A stretch of DNA of 64,000 bases, from positions 57,166,001-57,230,000 of the forward strand of contig NC_045696.1 in the NCBI RefSeq assembly GCF_009834535.1, written 5' to 3'. Positions within the stretch are counted from its first letter, which is position 1; each line of letters begins with the position of its first letter. The stretch is from Camelus ferus. Taxonomy: Eukaryota. The notes beneath the pieces were generated by a model that was given only the letters and a program-made list of their open reading frames with translations, did not search any database and was not told where the DNA came from. This document shows, in pieces, positions 49,000 through 60,937 of the stretch. A program made the position numbers and the translations under genes.

Positions 49000-51930
49000 A
49001 AAAAGGAAAAATATTTGCAACTGATATCACAAAGAATTCAACATATTATAGAAAAGAGGTGCTACAAACCAAGAACAAAATATAAACAGGCAGTTCACAG
49101 AAATAATAAAAACAAAAGAGCCTTAACAACATTAAATAATGCTTAACTTCATTCACAATAAAAGAAATGCAAATTAAATCTATAGTAAGAAACTGTTTTT
49201 TTCTACTTATCCTGCAAAATTCCAGAGGTTGGACAGCACATTCTGGGTCAAGATTGTAGAAAAACATCCATATTTTGTTACTGCAAAGTAAGTGGTAACT
49301 GTGCCCATTAGATGGCAATTTGATAATCTCTATCAGAATTAAACAGGTTTTTAATCTGTGACTCAATAAACAAGCCCACAGTTTGCTACAAAGATTACCT
49401 GCACACAGATTACACTGGTTTATGTTCCATCTCTTTATTGATAATCACAAATCTTCCATATAAAAATATTTTAAAAAGCAAAGCAAACAACAGTGCCTGT
49501 GGAATGCTTACACTTTTTTAAAACTAGGGGAAAAAATAGTATGTATTCATATTTGCTTATATCTGCATGAAGAAATACTGGAAGGAAATATAAGAAACTC
49601 AAATAGGTAATTAAGAGTTATAAATAATAGAGTAGCTAGGACATAGAAGGAAGCAAAGTTTCTCAATATATTCCTTTTATATATTTTGATTTCTGAACTA
49701 TGTAAATGAATAACCAATTCAAAAATATATAAATACTGATTTAAAGCAAATGACCACAATTTTTATGGCCTTCCTGCCATAAACAAAATAAAACTGGACA
49801 AAATATATGAAATAACTCTTTTCAGATGGTGAGTGGGACAATTGGCAACGTAGGACTACAATCGTTGAGAAAGGGGAAGGAGAAGGGAGAGGGGAGATAG
49901 TGGGTACCATGCAACTGCCTCATGTTTCTGAATGGAGGCACTTTTGAATGGAGGCAGTGTAAGGAAAGAGAGATGAAACAAAGCATGTGGTCTCTGAGTT
50001 GAGGAAACAGAGAAAGCAAACTGGGCCTACTGAGGCAGCTGGAATTTGTGAAATTTGGAGAAAGGAACTGTGCATAAACGGATCACCAAAAATATGCACA
50101 GTAATCCCTCTGGATGTCTGATCAAACACTAAACTGCAGGGAGAAAGTTCAGGGAATCAGGCAAAGAATGAACACTAAAGAAATAGCTATTACCAAAGTT
50201 CAGCTGTCAGCTGAACAATTACTTGAACAACATTCTCCTGAATGCTGAAAGATGTTCAAGCTCTGACCAGACTGAGATAGAGAGACCTTGTTAGACAACT
50301 TGAGCAAAGTAGAGACCTGCCCACAGAGTTACATCTAATAATGGTTAACCTAGCAGTAGAGTAAAAGCTACTCTAAACTTTTGCTAACAAAGCTTTAAAA
50401 GTCTCAAAATGGTCAAGCTGATGTGAAAGCAAATTAGCTGCCTTCCAGAAGAAAAGACTATCTGAAGATTACAAAATCCAAAGAGTCAACAATGTACTAA
50501 CTACAATGTCCAGCATACAATTAAAAAAAAAAAATACTAGACGTATGAAGAACCAGGAAAATGTAACTGTGACTGGGAGAAAATTCAATCATTAGAAAAA
50601 TGACCCAGATATTATAGAGATGATGGCATTTTAATATGTTAAGGAATTTAAGGAAATATAGAAACGAGGAACATGGAACATAGGAACTATGGAACAAATA
50701 GTGAATTCCAATTAAGTAATGGAACTATACAAAAAATTAAATGAAAGTTCTAAAACTGAAAATACAATACCTGAAGTGTAAAATTCACCAGAAGGATGTA
50801 ACAGGCAACTAGACACTGTAGAATTAAAGATCACATTAAAACAGTCAATGGAATATATCCACTGTAGCACAGAATTTAAAAAAAAAAAAATGGAGAGGGG
50901 AATAAAAAAGAAAAAAAAGTTTCAGTGATCTGTGGGACAGTATAAAGTGGTATTACATGTATGTAATTGGAGGACTAGGAAAAAAGAGACAGGGATCAAA
51001 AATACTACAAGAAATAATGGCTGAAAATGTTCCAAATTTAATGAAACATATAAGCACATAGATTAAGGGGAAAAAATAAAAAAAAACCTAAGCAAACTCA
51101 GGAAATTCAGCATATTCAAAAACCTAAGAAGTAAAGCAAGAAAAACCACCCAGAGACTCACAAGCAAATCAAATTGCTAAAACTGAATAACAAATTAAAA
51201 GAAAAAAATTTATAAAGCATCTAGGGAAAAGATATATTATGCTTAGAGGAATAGCAAGAAAATAGTGGTGTATTTCTCATCAGAAATAATACAAACCATA
51301 AGCTAATGGAAATACATATCTAAAGTGCTAAAAGAGAAAGACTGTAAAACCATTAATATATGTCAAATAAAAATATTTTACAAAAGAAAGGATAAAATAA
51401 ATAAAATAAGAGACACGGAAATGCTGAGAGAAATCATCACTAGTAGAACTGTGCTACAAAAAAGACTTAACGTACTCAGGGTGAAGAAAAATGACAGTAA
51501 ACGGAGACCTGAGTCTACTCCAACGAACAAAGAGTGTCAAAGGGTAAAAAAAAGATAGACATAAAGAAAAGACACTTTTTTGTTTCTTGATTTCTTTGAA
51601 AGGTAATAACTGTTTAAAGCAGAACCAATACCTACATAGCAAAGTTTTTTAATAATAGTTACAGGAAAATCTATTACAAGAAAAGGGAAATTGAAAAAGA
51701 ACTCTTTACATTATGGATAAAGTGGTATAAAATTATTTGAAGCTACACTGTGGTGTGATGCATACTGTAAACTCTAAAAATATCTAAGATACATAGTTAA
51801 TAAGGCGAGAGGAAATAAAACAATAAAAATAGTCACTTAAAAATTTAAAAAAAGAACAATGAACAGATAGAACAAAATACAAATGACAAGACAGTAGACT
51901 TAAATCTAAACTTACTTTAGATAGTTAACT
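49000..51930 (+). mobile_element. Old L1 fragments (3' piece, then 5'UTR/ORF1-like region), antisense to POLQ
   Basis: agaaatgcaaattaaa; cagtgatctgtgggacagtataaag...gtaattgga; gaaataatggctgaaaatgttccaaattt; ttctcatcagaaataatacaa. Confidence 0.65.
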
Positions 51931-52181
51931 AAACACATTGTAAATGACCTAGGATAACATGATTTCAGCAGGTTGCTGAGCAAACAGCACAAAAGTTTCC
52001 CACAGAGCAGATCACGAAGACAATGCTGACTGACTGTCCCGGCAACGGGGGAAAAACAGGCTCCACTAAAGAGAGGAAAGATGTAGGAACCAATGCATTC
52101 TTCTGAGTCTTATTCATAATTCAGGCTTTATCACTGCTTTGAAAACCATTCCCACAGCAATAAGAAACTCAAAAATCTTAC

Positions 52182-52303
52182 CTGGGAAAGGCACAAAAGC
52201 ATGTCTCATGCTAACTGAAAAAGGCATTCCTCTGTCTGAGGCTCTCTCCCCCATCTGTGCCTGATGCCTGCTGTTCAGACCACAGCCCTTCTTTTTTCCT
52301 CCT
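52182..52303 (-). CDS. POLQ: POLQ exon 24 equivalent (insert 2, C-terminal half); alternative start at 52306
   Basis: cacagcag|A tandem acceptor, CAG|gtaaga donor; (R)GGKKKGCGLNSRHQAQMGERASDRGMPFSVSMRHAFVPFP. Confidence 0.93.
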
Positions 52304-52907
52304 CTGCTGTGCAAACAAAATCATTAGCTGGACATGAAGTAGTCTCAAATATATGAAAATGGTCTGATTTTCTTTTTAGTAAAGTCAGTATTTCCATCTA
52401 AGAAATTTAAAAAGCTTATTATTTGAAATTCACTTTGAAGCTTAAAGAAGATACTAGACCTCTTTCAGCAAACATTCAATGAAACAGGAAGGAAGATATT
52501 TCTGTAATAACTTTTCCCACAAACTGCTTCACTCAACTCAACAAATCTCATTAACCATACCTAATATAAATGATCTATGCTTTTTTTCCTTTTGTGAGCA
52601 TATGGGGATGGAAGGAAGGGGGATGTTCCAGACACTGTAAACTTTTCCCTTTAGTATTTGAGTGTCGAGTGAAACAAGAATTCTATGCTGATTGATTTAA
52701 TTAGTGGCCGGGTTTTCAGCTTTTTACCATCAACTAGCTTCTTTATAGACAAACTCAGGATTTGAAATGGGTAGTTCCCAGAAAAGAAATGTGTATGCCT
52801 GGAACAGAAAATTAAACAAATTCCATTATTTTGTCCAACAGGCTATTTTTTGAGCCACTCATACTCCCAGAAGTATATAAACACAAATGAAGAGAAATAG
52901 AGCCTAC

Positions 52908-53034
52908 CTGCTTGTAGAAAGTAGGCCTTTGCCTAGGGCTTGGGAAGGTGGGCTTTCCTCTACTAGTGTTGGCATTCTGATCTCAAAATCTCTTGGTACA
53001 TTCTGAATATTTGGTTCTATAAAGGTTATTCGTC
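52908..53034 (-). CDS. POLQ: POLQ exon 23 equivalent
   Basis: cttttag|GA acceptor, CAG|gtaggc donor; GRITFIEPNIQNVPRDFEIRMPTLVEESPPSQALGKGLLSTS. Confidence 0.96.
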
Positions 53035-54669
53035 CTAAAAGCAAGCAGAATAAAGACAGAAAAATAGGGGGGACAGGATAAGGGAAATCTGACATTTATT
53101 TTAACAGTAATACCATTTCTAAATTATCCTAAAAATGCATGCTCTATTATTGTTAAACTGAAATAAATTTAAATTTAAATGAAATATTTTCATTATGTTC
53201 ATGTGTCTAACAATAATAAAGTAAGTACAAGACCAATCCCACTGTAAGTAAGTATATGAATAAGCTAAACTACTATGTTTCATATTTACCTAGCTCTACA
53301 GAAAACAATCCCATGATAATAAGTAATGTGATAAATTGTACTGTTTCTATGCTAAAATGAGTGCCAAGAAGTTAGCACTATAAAATGCTAACCGCTATAC
53401 TAGTGAATAAAGACAAATCAAATGGATCCTAGAAGAAATGACTGTCAGAGCCTTTAAAAGCCAGAAATGTACAAGATAGAGAGAGGAGGATCTGAAGCAG
53501 AAGAGCAACTGAGTGCTGAAGAGAGACCAGTGAGGCCAGAGGAGTTAGCTAACGCAGCAGATGGAGTAGCAGTGAGAGACAGTGACTGGAACATCACCTT
53601 CTAGATATCACCTGGCCAGTTTTCCTCCTCCTCATCGTCACTCATCAAGAAAATCAATGATAGTACTCACATGGCTAGAAACCAGAATCAGGTGGCTAAT
53701 AAATTTTCTAGGAAACAGAAAGCTATTTATTTTAATGCTTATGGTCTTTATTTTCCCCCCAATATTTTACATTTTACTTATTTACTTATTGGATGAATTT
53801 TTCTAAAATACATAAGCAGTGTTCAAAAAGTCTGGGTAACTGACTCTTTACTGCAATTTTTATAGTACATATATAAAGACACAGAATCCTGTTTTATGAT
53901 ACTCTTCATTGTAACAGGCTCTCCACTAGCTAGTGTATATAATTTCACCTTCTTTTGATGAATCGGACATTTTAAGAACCTCTGATAGTTTTTCTGAATA
54001 AACTCCTGAAAACTATGTCTTCGTTATTTAAATTTTAGCAAAAATTAGTGCTCAATTAATGGTAGATACTAATATACTTATAGCATTAAATGGCCTGTTC
54101 AATTTTACAAAGCTAACAAGTAGCAGAGGTAAGAATCCAAGTCTCTTTGTGCCTGAACACACTGTCTTCTTTTCTATAATAATATTTAATATTCAGGTCT
54201 ATTGTTTGGATTAAGGAGGTACCATTGGGAAACTAATTAGATGTTAAAAATAAAGAATATGAATGTAGCTTCACAGAGACAAATTCTAATAATGAAATGG
54301 CTTTACTATGCTTAGGTAAGTTTGTATTTTTAAAATATTCTTTAAATGCAGGTATAGTATGATGAAAACCAATCAGGAAAACAAAAAAGAACTGATGACT
54401 TTCTACTTTATAAGAAACAAATAAATGTGTAAGAGCTTTGAGAGCTCTAGGTTGATTCTTTTTTTCACCAACAAGGATTTATTTTAAATAAGTTTACAGT
54501 ATTAGCATATGTTCCAAAATGAAACAAATATCAACAAGGCAAGAAATTGGCAAGAAGCACCAAGTGGTTAACTCAATAGGGAAGAAGGGAAAATTGTTTA
54601 CAATAGAGACTAAGCAAGCAGATAGAAAAGCAGCTCCTCATGGTGCCCCCATCCTCAATAGCAGCAACA

Positions 54670-54890
54670 ACTGATAATGTACCATACATTATTCTAAACA
54701 CTTTACAAGTATTAATCTATTTAATCCTCGAGATGACCCAGTGAGGTAGGACTATTATTATCTTGTTTTATACATGAGGAAACTTAGGCACTGAGAGGTT
54801 AAGTACCTTGTCTGAAGATTCACAGCACCAGGATGCAAACCTTGTAAAACTCTAATATCAAAGTCCACATTCGATACCACCAAACTAAAA
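54670..54890 (-). mobile_element. MIR remnant
   Basis: tttaatcctc...gaggtaggactattattatc...gaggaaacttaggcactgagaggttaagtaccttg. Confidence 0.7.
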
Positions 54891-55483
54891 TGCCTCCCCT
54901 ATGAAGGAGTTAATACTGCCCTTTCTTCTAACTGCACATTGCATTTGGCAAATATTTAGAGCTTTGCACTACCTAGAGAAAGCATGCTTTTTTTCTTCAC
55001 GAGACTACATGCACACTTATCCCAAGAGGACCATGAGACACCCAAAGTACTCTATAGCTTTCTTTTCTGATTGAGTAAAATAAGACACTCCCTTATTATA
55101 CATATGCCCCCACAGGCCTACTTATATTCAACTTGGGGAGAATCTTAAGAGATTTAGGAGAGGGGTTGGGAATGAAATTAGGTAAGATCACTGACTCAAA
55201 TAAATATTTAATTCCTAGGTATACTCTCATTCAATCTCAAACATCCAAGTTGCTCCATACGGTACTTGAAAGCAGGAACTATATCCCACTACATTTCATC
55301 TCTGTATCTAGGCAACATCCATCCACCTATACTTTGGATGTAGTATGTGTTTTATAAATGTTTATAGGACTTCATGGAACCCAATGATCAACACTTGAAT
55401 TCCTTGGTCATTACAAGCAAATACTACTTATGAAGTTTTTTCTGCACAATTGGATATCATCCATATTTAAGATTTCTCATTAC

Positions 55484-55658
55484 CTGTAGCAGTGTGTGAC
55501 TGTGATACAGGATAGATTCTTTCCATTCCAAGAAAAGGATTCAGACGCTTTTCCCGCTGCAGGGGAAAGACTACTTTGGTAATAGCATTAGTGATTCTTC
55601 TCCACTCTAATATCAAGCCTGGTAAAGGATGTATTGCCTTTAATTTATTTAAAACATC
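55484..55658 (-). CDS. POLQ: POLQ exon 22 equivalent (thumb; not in the ORF track)
   Basis: ttttggcag|GAT acceptor, CAG|gtaatg donor; DVLNKLKAIHPLPGLILEWRRITNAITKVVFPLQREKRLNPFLGMERIYPVSQSHTAT. Confidence 0.96.
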
Positions 55659-56877
55659 CTGCCAAAAAAAATATACTAAAGTAAGATCAGATTCTTATCC
55701 AAATTCCATAGCAAACCAGAATCTCTTTTAAGTAAATAACATAGTCTCAAAATTTAATGTGATTAACTCCTGTATCTGCAACTCAAAGTTACTATTTGGG
55801 TTTTTTGGAAATCACCATAATGATAAACTTATAATAACTACATATTATAAAATGTAAACATGCTAATGTTGAATGATATCAATTTAGAGCTATCTTTTTA
55901 GAAAATCAATGAGATGTCAACTTAGCGAAGTAGCTGCTCCTCCACACCCTACACAAGAGTTTACATCATTTCTTCTTTTATTTTTCTCCTCCATTGTTCA
56001 TGTGATGGGAAGTTTCCCAGCCCTTATTTTTTTCTTCTTTTTTGCTCTAATACTTTCATGGTTTCTGTATCAAGGAAACCAGAAGACATTTATTTTTAAA
56101 ACTTTGAATTTTCCATGCTATTGACTTTCAGTGAACCATTAAGGAATTAAGACTTGTGAGGTATGAAGGCTACCACCATCAAATAAAACATTTTGCTACA
56201 GGATGAAGCTGTGGAAACTTTCCCAAGGCAGGCAAGTCATAGTTAATAATATTATGATCAAAATTCTACAGAATGGCAACTTGGACAGCTCTCTCCATGG
56301 CTGTACTTTCTACCCTTATTTTCCATTAATAATTCATTCAGTAGAAATGTAAAATTAAGCCCTTTTTCTCCTATGTCACATGAATACAGTTTCCATGGAC
56401 TGTGATTAGCAATTTTACTTTGAAATTAACAGATTAGATTCTTAAAACAAATTCATGGAAAATTTACTATTTTGCTCTGGAACTGAAAAAAACAAAATTT
56501 TATTTGTATTGACTTAAAAAAAAATTCTTCCATATCTTTGTTCACATTCATGTAACTACACAAATTATATTATACTAGAAGCCCAAGAGTAGTGGATGTC
56601 AATAATTAAGTAATGTCTATAGGTCTGAATTTACAAACCTTTGTACTGTCTTAATGATAGGAAGGAAACAACTGCTAACTCAGATTATGATCCAGATTTT
56701 CCATGCTGGAATGTCTCCACAGTTTTTGTGGGCAGCTGAACCACAAACCAATTTGTTTTTATCTGGGTAAGTTCAAATGGTGAGCTATGTTGGATCTTGA
56801 TTTCATCATCATTCTTTCAATTCACCAAAATGCCAAAAGTAGTTCAGATTCTGCCCTGTGACTGCCCCAAAGAGCAC

Positions 56878-57015
56878 CTTACTAGTGCTGAACTGTTTTC
56901 CCAGCCTTTGCTTGTGTCCATTGTCAATCCCTCTTCTGGTAGAACCCAAAGTTTTCTTGCTACCTTGGTTTTTTCTCTCTCCACTTGGTGGCAACTTCAA
57001 TTCCAAAAACAAAAC
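56878..57015 (-). CDS. POLQ: POLQ exon 21 equivalent (insert 1)
   Basis: ttcttacag|GTT acceptor, AAG|gtgctc donor; VLFLELKLPPSGERKNQGSKKTLGSTRRGIDNGHKQRLGKQFSTSK. Confidence 0.95.
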
Positions 57016-58072
57016 CTGTAAGAAATTAATGCCTCTTGAGTCAAGAAACAAATCACAAGTATTATCATTCAGAAAACATTTTAAAAAGTTACTTGAAAAA
57101 AAAAAACCCTATACTGTTCAATATGGGTTGGAAGAATTTTTTTTGACAATCTAAAATTACCACATTTAATAAATAATGGTAATGAAATCTTGTATGTCAA
57201 GTAGGCTGTCCGTATTTAGTCAATATCAGATTTAGTCAGTATCACATTAATATTAACACCAGGCCTTTAAACAGTCAAGAACACAAGAATGTATACTTTG
57301 TGCTGAACAACTGACAAATAAGCTACTGGCAATGCTATTGGCATTGAGACTTTAGGTTGCTCTGAGGATTTTAAGCTCACCTAAATACCCCCTTGATGTG
57401 GTAACCAATGTGGCTGCTCAATCATTTAAGCCCCATAGGATCAGCATGGGCGCCTTCATGGCTATTGTGTGATCATAAAAATCAGAGAACATTAAGGTAG
57501 GAAGGGGCCCAAAGAGTCATCTAATTCCATTACCACAAGACTGGACTCTGAGAGTCCCTGGGCACAAAGTCAGGAGAAGGTGGCTGATCTAATGTAGCAA
57601 TACTAAAAGCTGGAGAGGGTTCAGTAAGCATCCACTGAAGAAACAAGGCTTACATGGAACAGGGATCCAGGGTCTGGGGCAGAGGGAAGATCCCATGTAT
57701 ACCAAAAACTCGCTAGTTCATATTAGAGGAGTTGCAACTTAGGCAACTCAGAACGCTGTCTACTATCTCTACTCATTCCTTTCCATACTTTGAGTAAGCT
57801 TTAATGAACCTTGGATTATTTTCCCTGTAATAGTTCTAAAAATTGAAACCCTTTGGAAAAGAATTTTTTCTACAAGATGGGACGGGGGTAGAAGTAAAGA
57901 TATACCTGTGTTTCCCTACAACAGTAGTAATGATAGAAACAAAGATCTGGTTCTAGTTTTAAGTAGTGGGAATAACTGGGGTCTCAGGCATGAAAAGTAG
58001 TGAGTCTTACTATGGATGTGAATAAGTAATTTGTCCAAAGATTGTGTTATATAGATATGAATATATGCATGT

Positions 58073-58221
58073 ATAGGGATTGGAGTTATAGTTAGCAAAT
58101 AAAATTATAGGATGCCCAGTCAAATTTAAATTGCATGAGGCATACTTACACTAAAATATTTCCATTGTTTCTCTGAAATTCAAATGTAACTGAGTGTCCT
58201 GTATTTTATTAGGCAACTCTA
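58073..58221. mobile_element. MER53-like hAT MITE
   Basis: ttagcaaataaaattataggatgcccagt...ctgaaattcaaatgtaactgagtgtcctgtattttattaggcaactcta. Confidence 0.6.
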
Positions 58222-58753
58222 ATGAGATATCAAAGAGTTCATGAATGAATGACAGCACAGAAGAGAGAAAAAAATAACTGAATAGGAAAAATAAGACATT
58301 AATAAAGTAACAATAAATCAATAACCCCAGGAAGGAAGACCTAGCATGATTAAGACAATTTAAAGATCTCGAGTCACATATTTAAAAGTTCTTTATCTTA
58401 AACTTCCATTTTTGGTGAATCATTCAGAATTAATAATAAAAACTTCACATAAATAAAAATATAAGCTACCTCTCCAGGTCTCAATTAACACATCTGTGAA
58501 TGAGGGGGTTGAACTAGTTGGGAGCAAGAGACACTAATATTTATTGAGCACTTACTATGTGCTTGCCATTATGCTAGGTGCTTTACCATGTAATCCTTAT
58601 AACAACTCTATGATAAACCGTCAAAGTTTGGACAGTTGGAGAAACTTGCTCAAAGTTGTATGCCCAGAAAGTAGTAGAATTAAGAATTAGAACCCAGAAT
58701 CTTCTAACTCTAAAGCCCTTTTTCTTCCCACTAACCTGTGCGTCCTTCTATAC

Positions 58754-59190
58754 CAAGGGTCAGCAAACTTTTTTTCTATAAAGGGTCAGATCATAAATAT
58801 TTTTAGCTTTGCAGGTTTTACTGCCTGTCACACCTTTTCAACTGTGCCATTATAGAATGAAAACAGCCACAGGCAATAAGTACATGAACAGCTGTAGCTG
58901 TGTTCCAATAAAACTTTATTTACAAAAACAAGTGACAGGTCAGATCTGGCCCTCAAGTCAGTTTGCTGATACCTCCTCTAGACCAGTGCTATCCAAAAGA
59001 ACTTTCCACAAGAATAAAACTGTTCTATATTTGTATTGTCCAGTATAGTAGCCACTAGCCACGTGTGGCTAGTTGACATCTTGAAATGTGGTTAGGAAAT
59101 TTAACTGATGTATTTTATTTAATTTTAGTTAATTTAACTTAAATAGCTGCAAGTGGCTAGTGGCTCCTTTACTGAATAGTGCAGCTCTAG
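58754..59190. mobile_element. Adjacent MER58A-like (58754-58978) and MER3-like (58984-59190) hAT-Charlie MITEs
   Basis: caagggtcagcaaactttt...tgtgttccaataaaactttatttacaaaaaca; cagtgctatccaaaagaactttc...gtagccactagccacgtgtggcta. Confidence 0.75.
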
Positions 59191-60535
59191 ATGATTAAGA
59201 ACATCTTGCCCAGTTCAAAGATTCAACTTAAAATTACCAAGGATAAAATAGTCGCTGTATGAAACTGTTAGATTACTTTTAGTATAACTTCCATTTTAAC
59301 ATGAAAACCTAAGAACAAGCCAATAATATCAAAGGACTTTTATTCTAGGCTGGACCATAGCCTAGACCTAAGGCTCACATGCCTTAGCACCCATCTGAAT
59401 TACACAGGTACTCATTCCTGCCTTTGCCCTATGTCTACTTGTGCTGAAATCCAGAGATTCTATTATTTTTGATAAGTTTCCCATGTAATTTTATGTGCAG
59501 CCAGCTAAGCACTGGCTTAGGGACTTCTGGACTAAAGAAATCAAAAGAAAATATTTTAAAATATTTAAAATTCACTTCACTTCACTCCCCAAACACCACT
59601 AAATTCAATACAAATATACCATGTCATTAGGAGAAAGTATACCACAAAGTTCTTCATTTAAAAAAAAAACAAACATTTAACTCTGTGGCTTAAAAGAGAG
59701 ACATTTTATGCCCTTTATATAATATTTACTGAGCCCTTACTATGAGGCACTTTTCTAAGTGTTTTATATGTATTGTTCATTCCTCACAACTCCATGAGGT
59801 ATTTCTAACACGGTGTATTTTACTGATGAAGAAATTGAGATATAAAGAGTTGATGTAGTGGCCTAAAGTCATGGAGTTAGTTAATAAATACAGGAGGAAG
59901 CATGCAAACCCAAGAAGTCTGATTTTAAAGTCTGTAATATTTAACAATATGCTATAATATTCAATCACATCTAGAAAACAGAACTTCAAAGCTATCAAGT
60001 GTAAGCACCCACCCTGAATCTGTAACTCCTCTAAAACAATGCAACCACCCTTTATGGAGTATGGGGAGAGAAGCAAACAGAACATCAACCTTTAAAACTA
60101 AAAACAAGAGCAAACTATGTCAAAATTCATGTAAGGCAATAAAAATATTAAGTTTTTAAAAGAAAACAGACACAAAAATCTTTTTTTTACTAATATCTAA
60201 AAAAATACCTAATTTTGTATTCTAAAAAAAGATCTTGCGATGAGGAATGAGTGAGAGTTCATGAAATGACTAACTTCATGGAGAAACATCTACATTGTTA
60301 TACAACTACCACGACGGCTCTTGTTCATACAACAAATGTTTACTGAGAGCCTCTCCTGTTCCAGGCAAATCTCCTTATGAAGCATACATTCTAGAAGCCT
60401 TCTTTATTACTTCCCTATTCATAAATAAAGGTATAAACTTACAAAGGAGATGTTAGAATACTCTGTCTTCAAAGTATTCTGGTTAACTGTTTTGTTTTAC
60501 TGATCTTTAGTGTTTAAGTTAAACACATTTAGGAA

Positions 60536-60537
<2 letters not shown>

Positions 60538-60577
<40 letters not shown>
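60538..60577. repeat. (AC)20 microsatellite; (UG)n on the POLQ pre-mRNA
   Basis: Read directly. Confidence 0.95.
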
Positions 60578-60580
<3 letters not shown>

Positions 60581-60612
60581 AATCATTTTTAACTCTAAAA
60601 ATGACTTTTCTA

Positions 60613-60709
60613 GGGGGTGGGTATTAGTTTAGTGTAGAATGCATGCTCAGCATGCATGAGGTCCTGAGTTAAATCCCAGTACCACTGTTTTTAAAAAAAA
60701 AAAAAAAAA
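60613..60709 (+). mobile_element. tRNA-derived SINE, Vic-1-like, with A17 tail and TSD
   Basis: gggggtgggtattagtttagtgtagaatgcatgctcagcatgcatgaggtcctgagttaaatcccagtacc; TSD gacttttct at 60603-60611 and 60710-60718. Confidence 0.8.
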
Positions 60710-60743
60710 GACTTTTCTCAATTCCCTACTTCCATTATACAAC

Positions 60744-60937
60744 CTCAGCGATGTCATCTGAACTGGTGAAGGAAAAACTATGGCCAGCTAGTTGATAGGC
60801 CTGAGTCTCAATTGCATCCAGTTTGGCTTGCATTATGTGTTTCTGACTTTCACATTCTGCAGTACTAAAGCCAATTCCATTTAGTTCTAGCAAGGCCAAG
60901 CAGTACTGGGAGGGCATTTCCACTTTACAGAAAACAT
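60744..60937 (-). CDS. POLQ: POLQ exon 20 equivalent
   Basis: tttcccag|AT acceptor, GAG|gttgta donor; DVFCKVEMPSQYCLALLELNGIGFSTAECESQKHIMQAKLDAIETQAYQLAGHSFSFTSSDDIAE. Confidence 0.96.
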
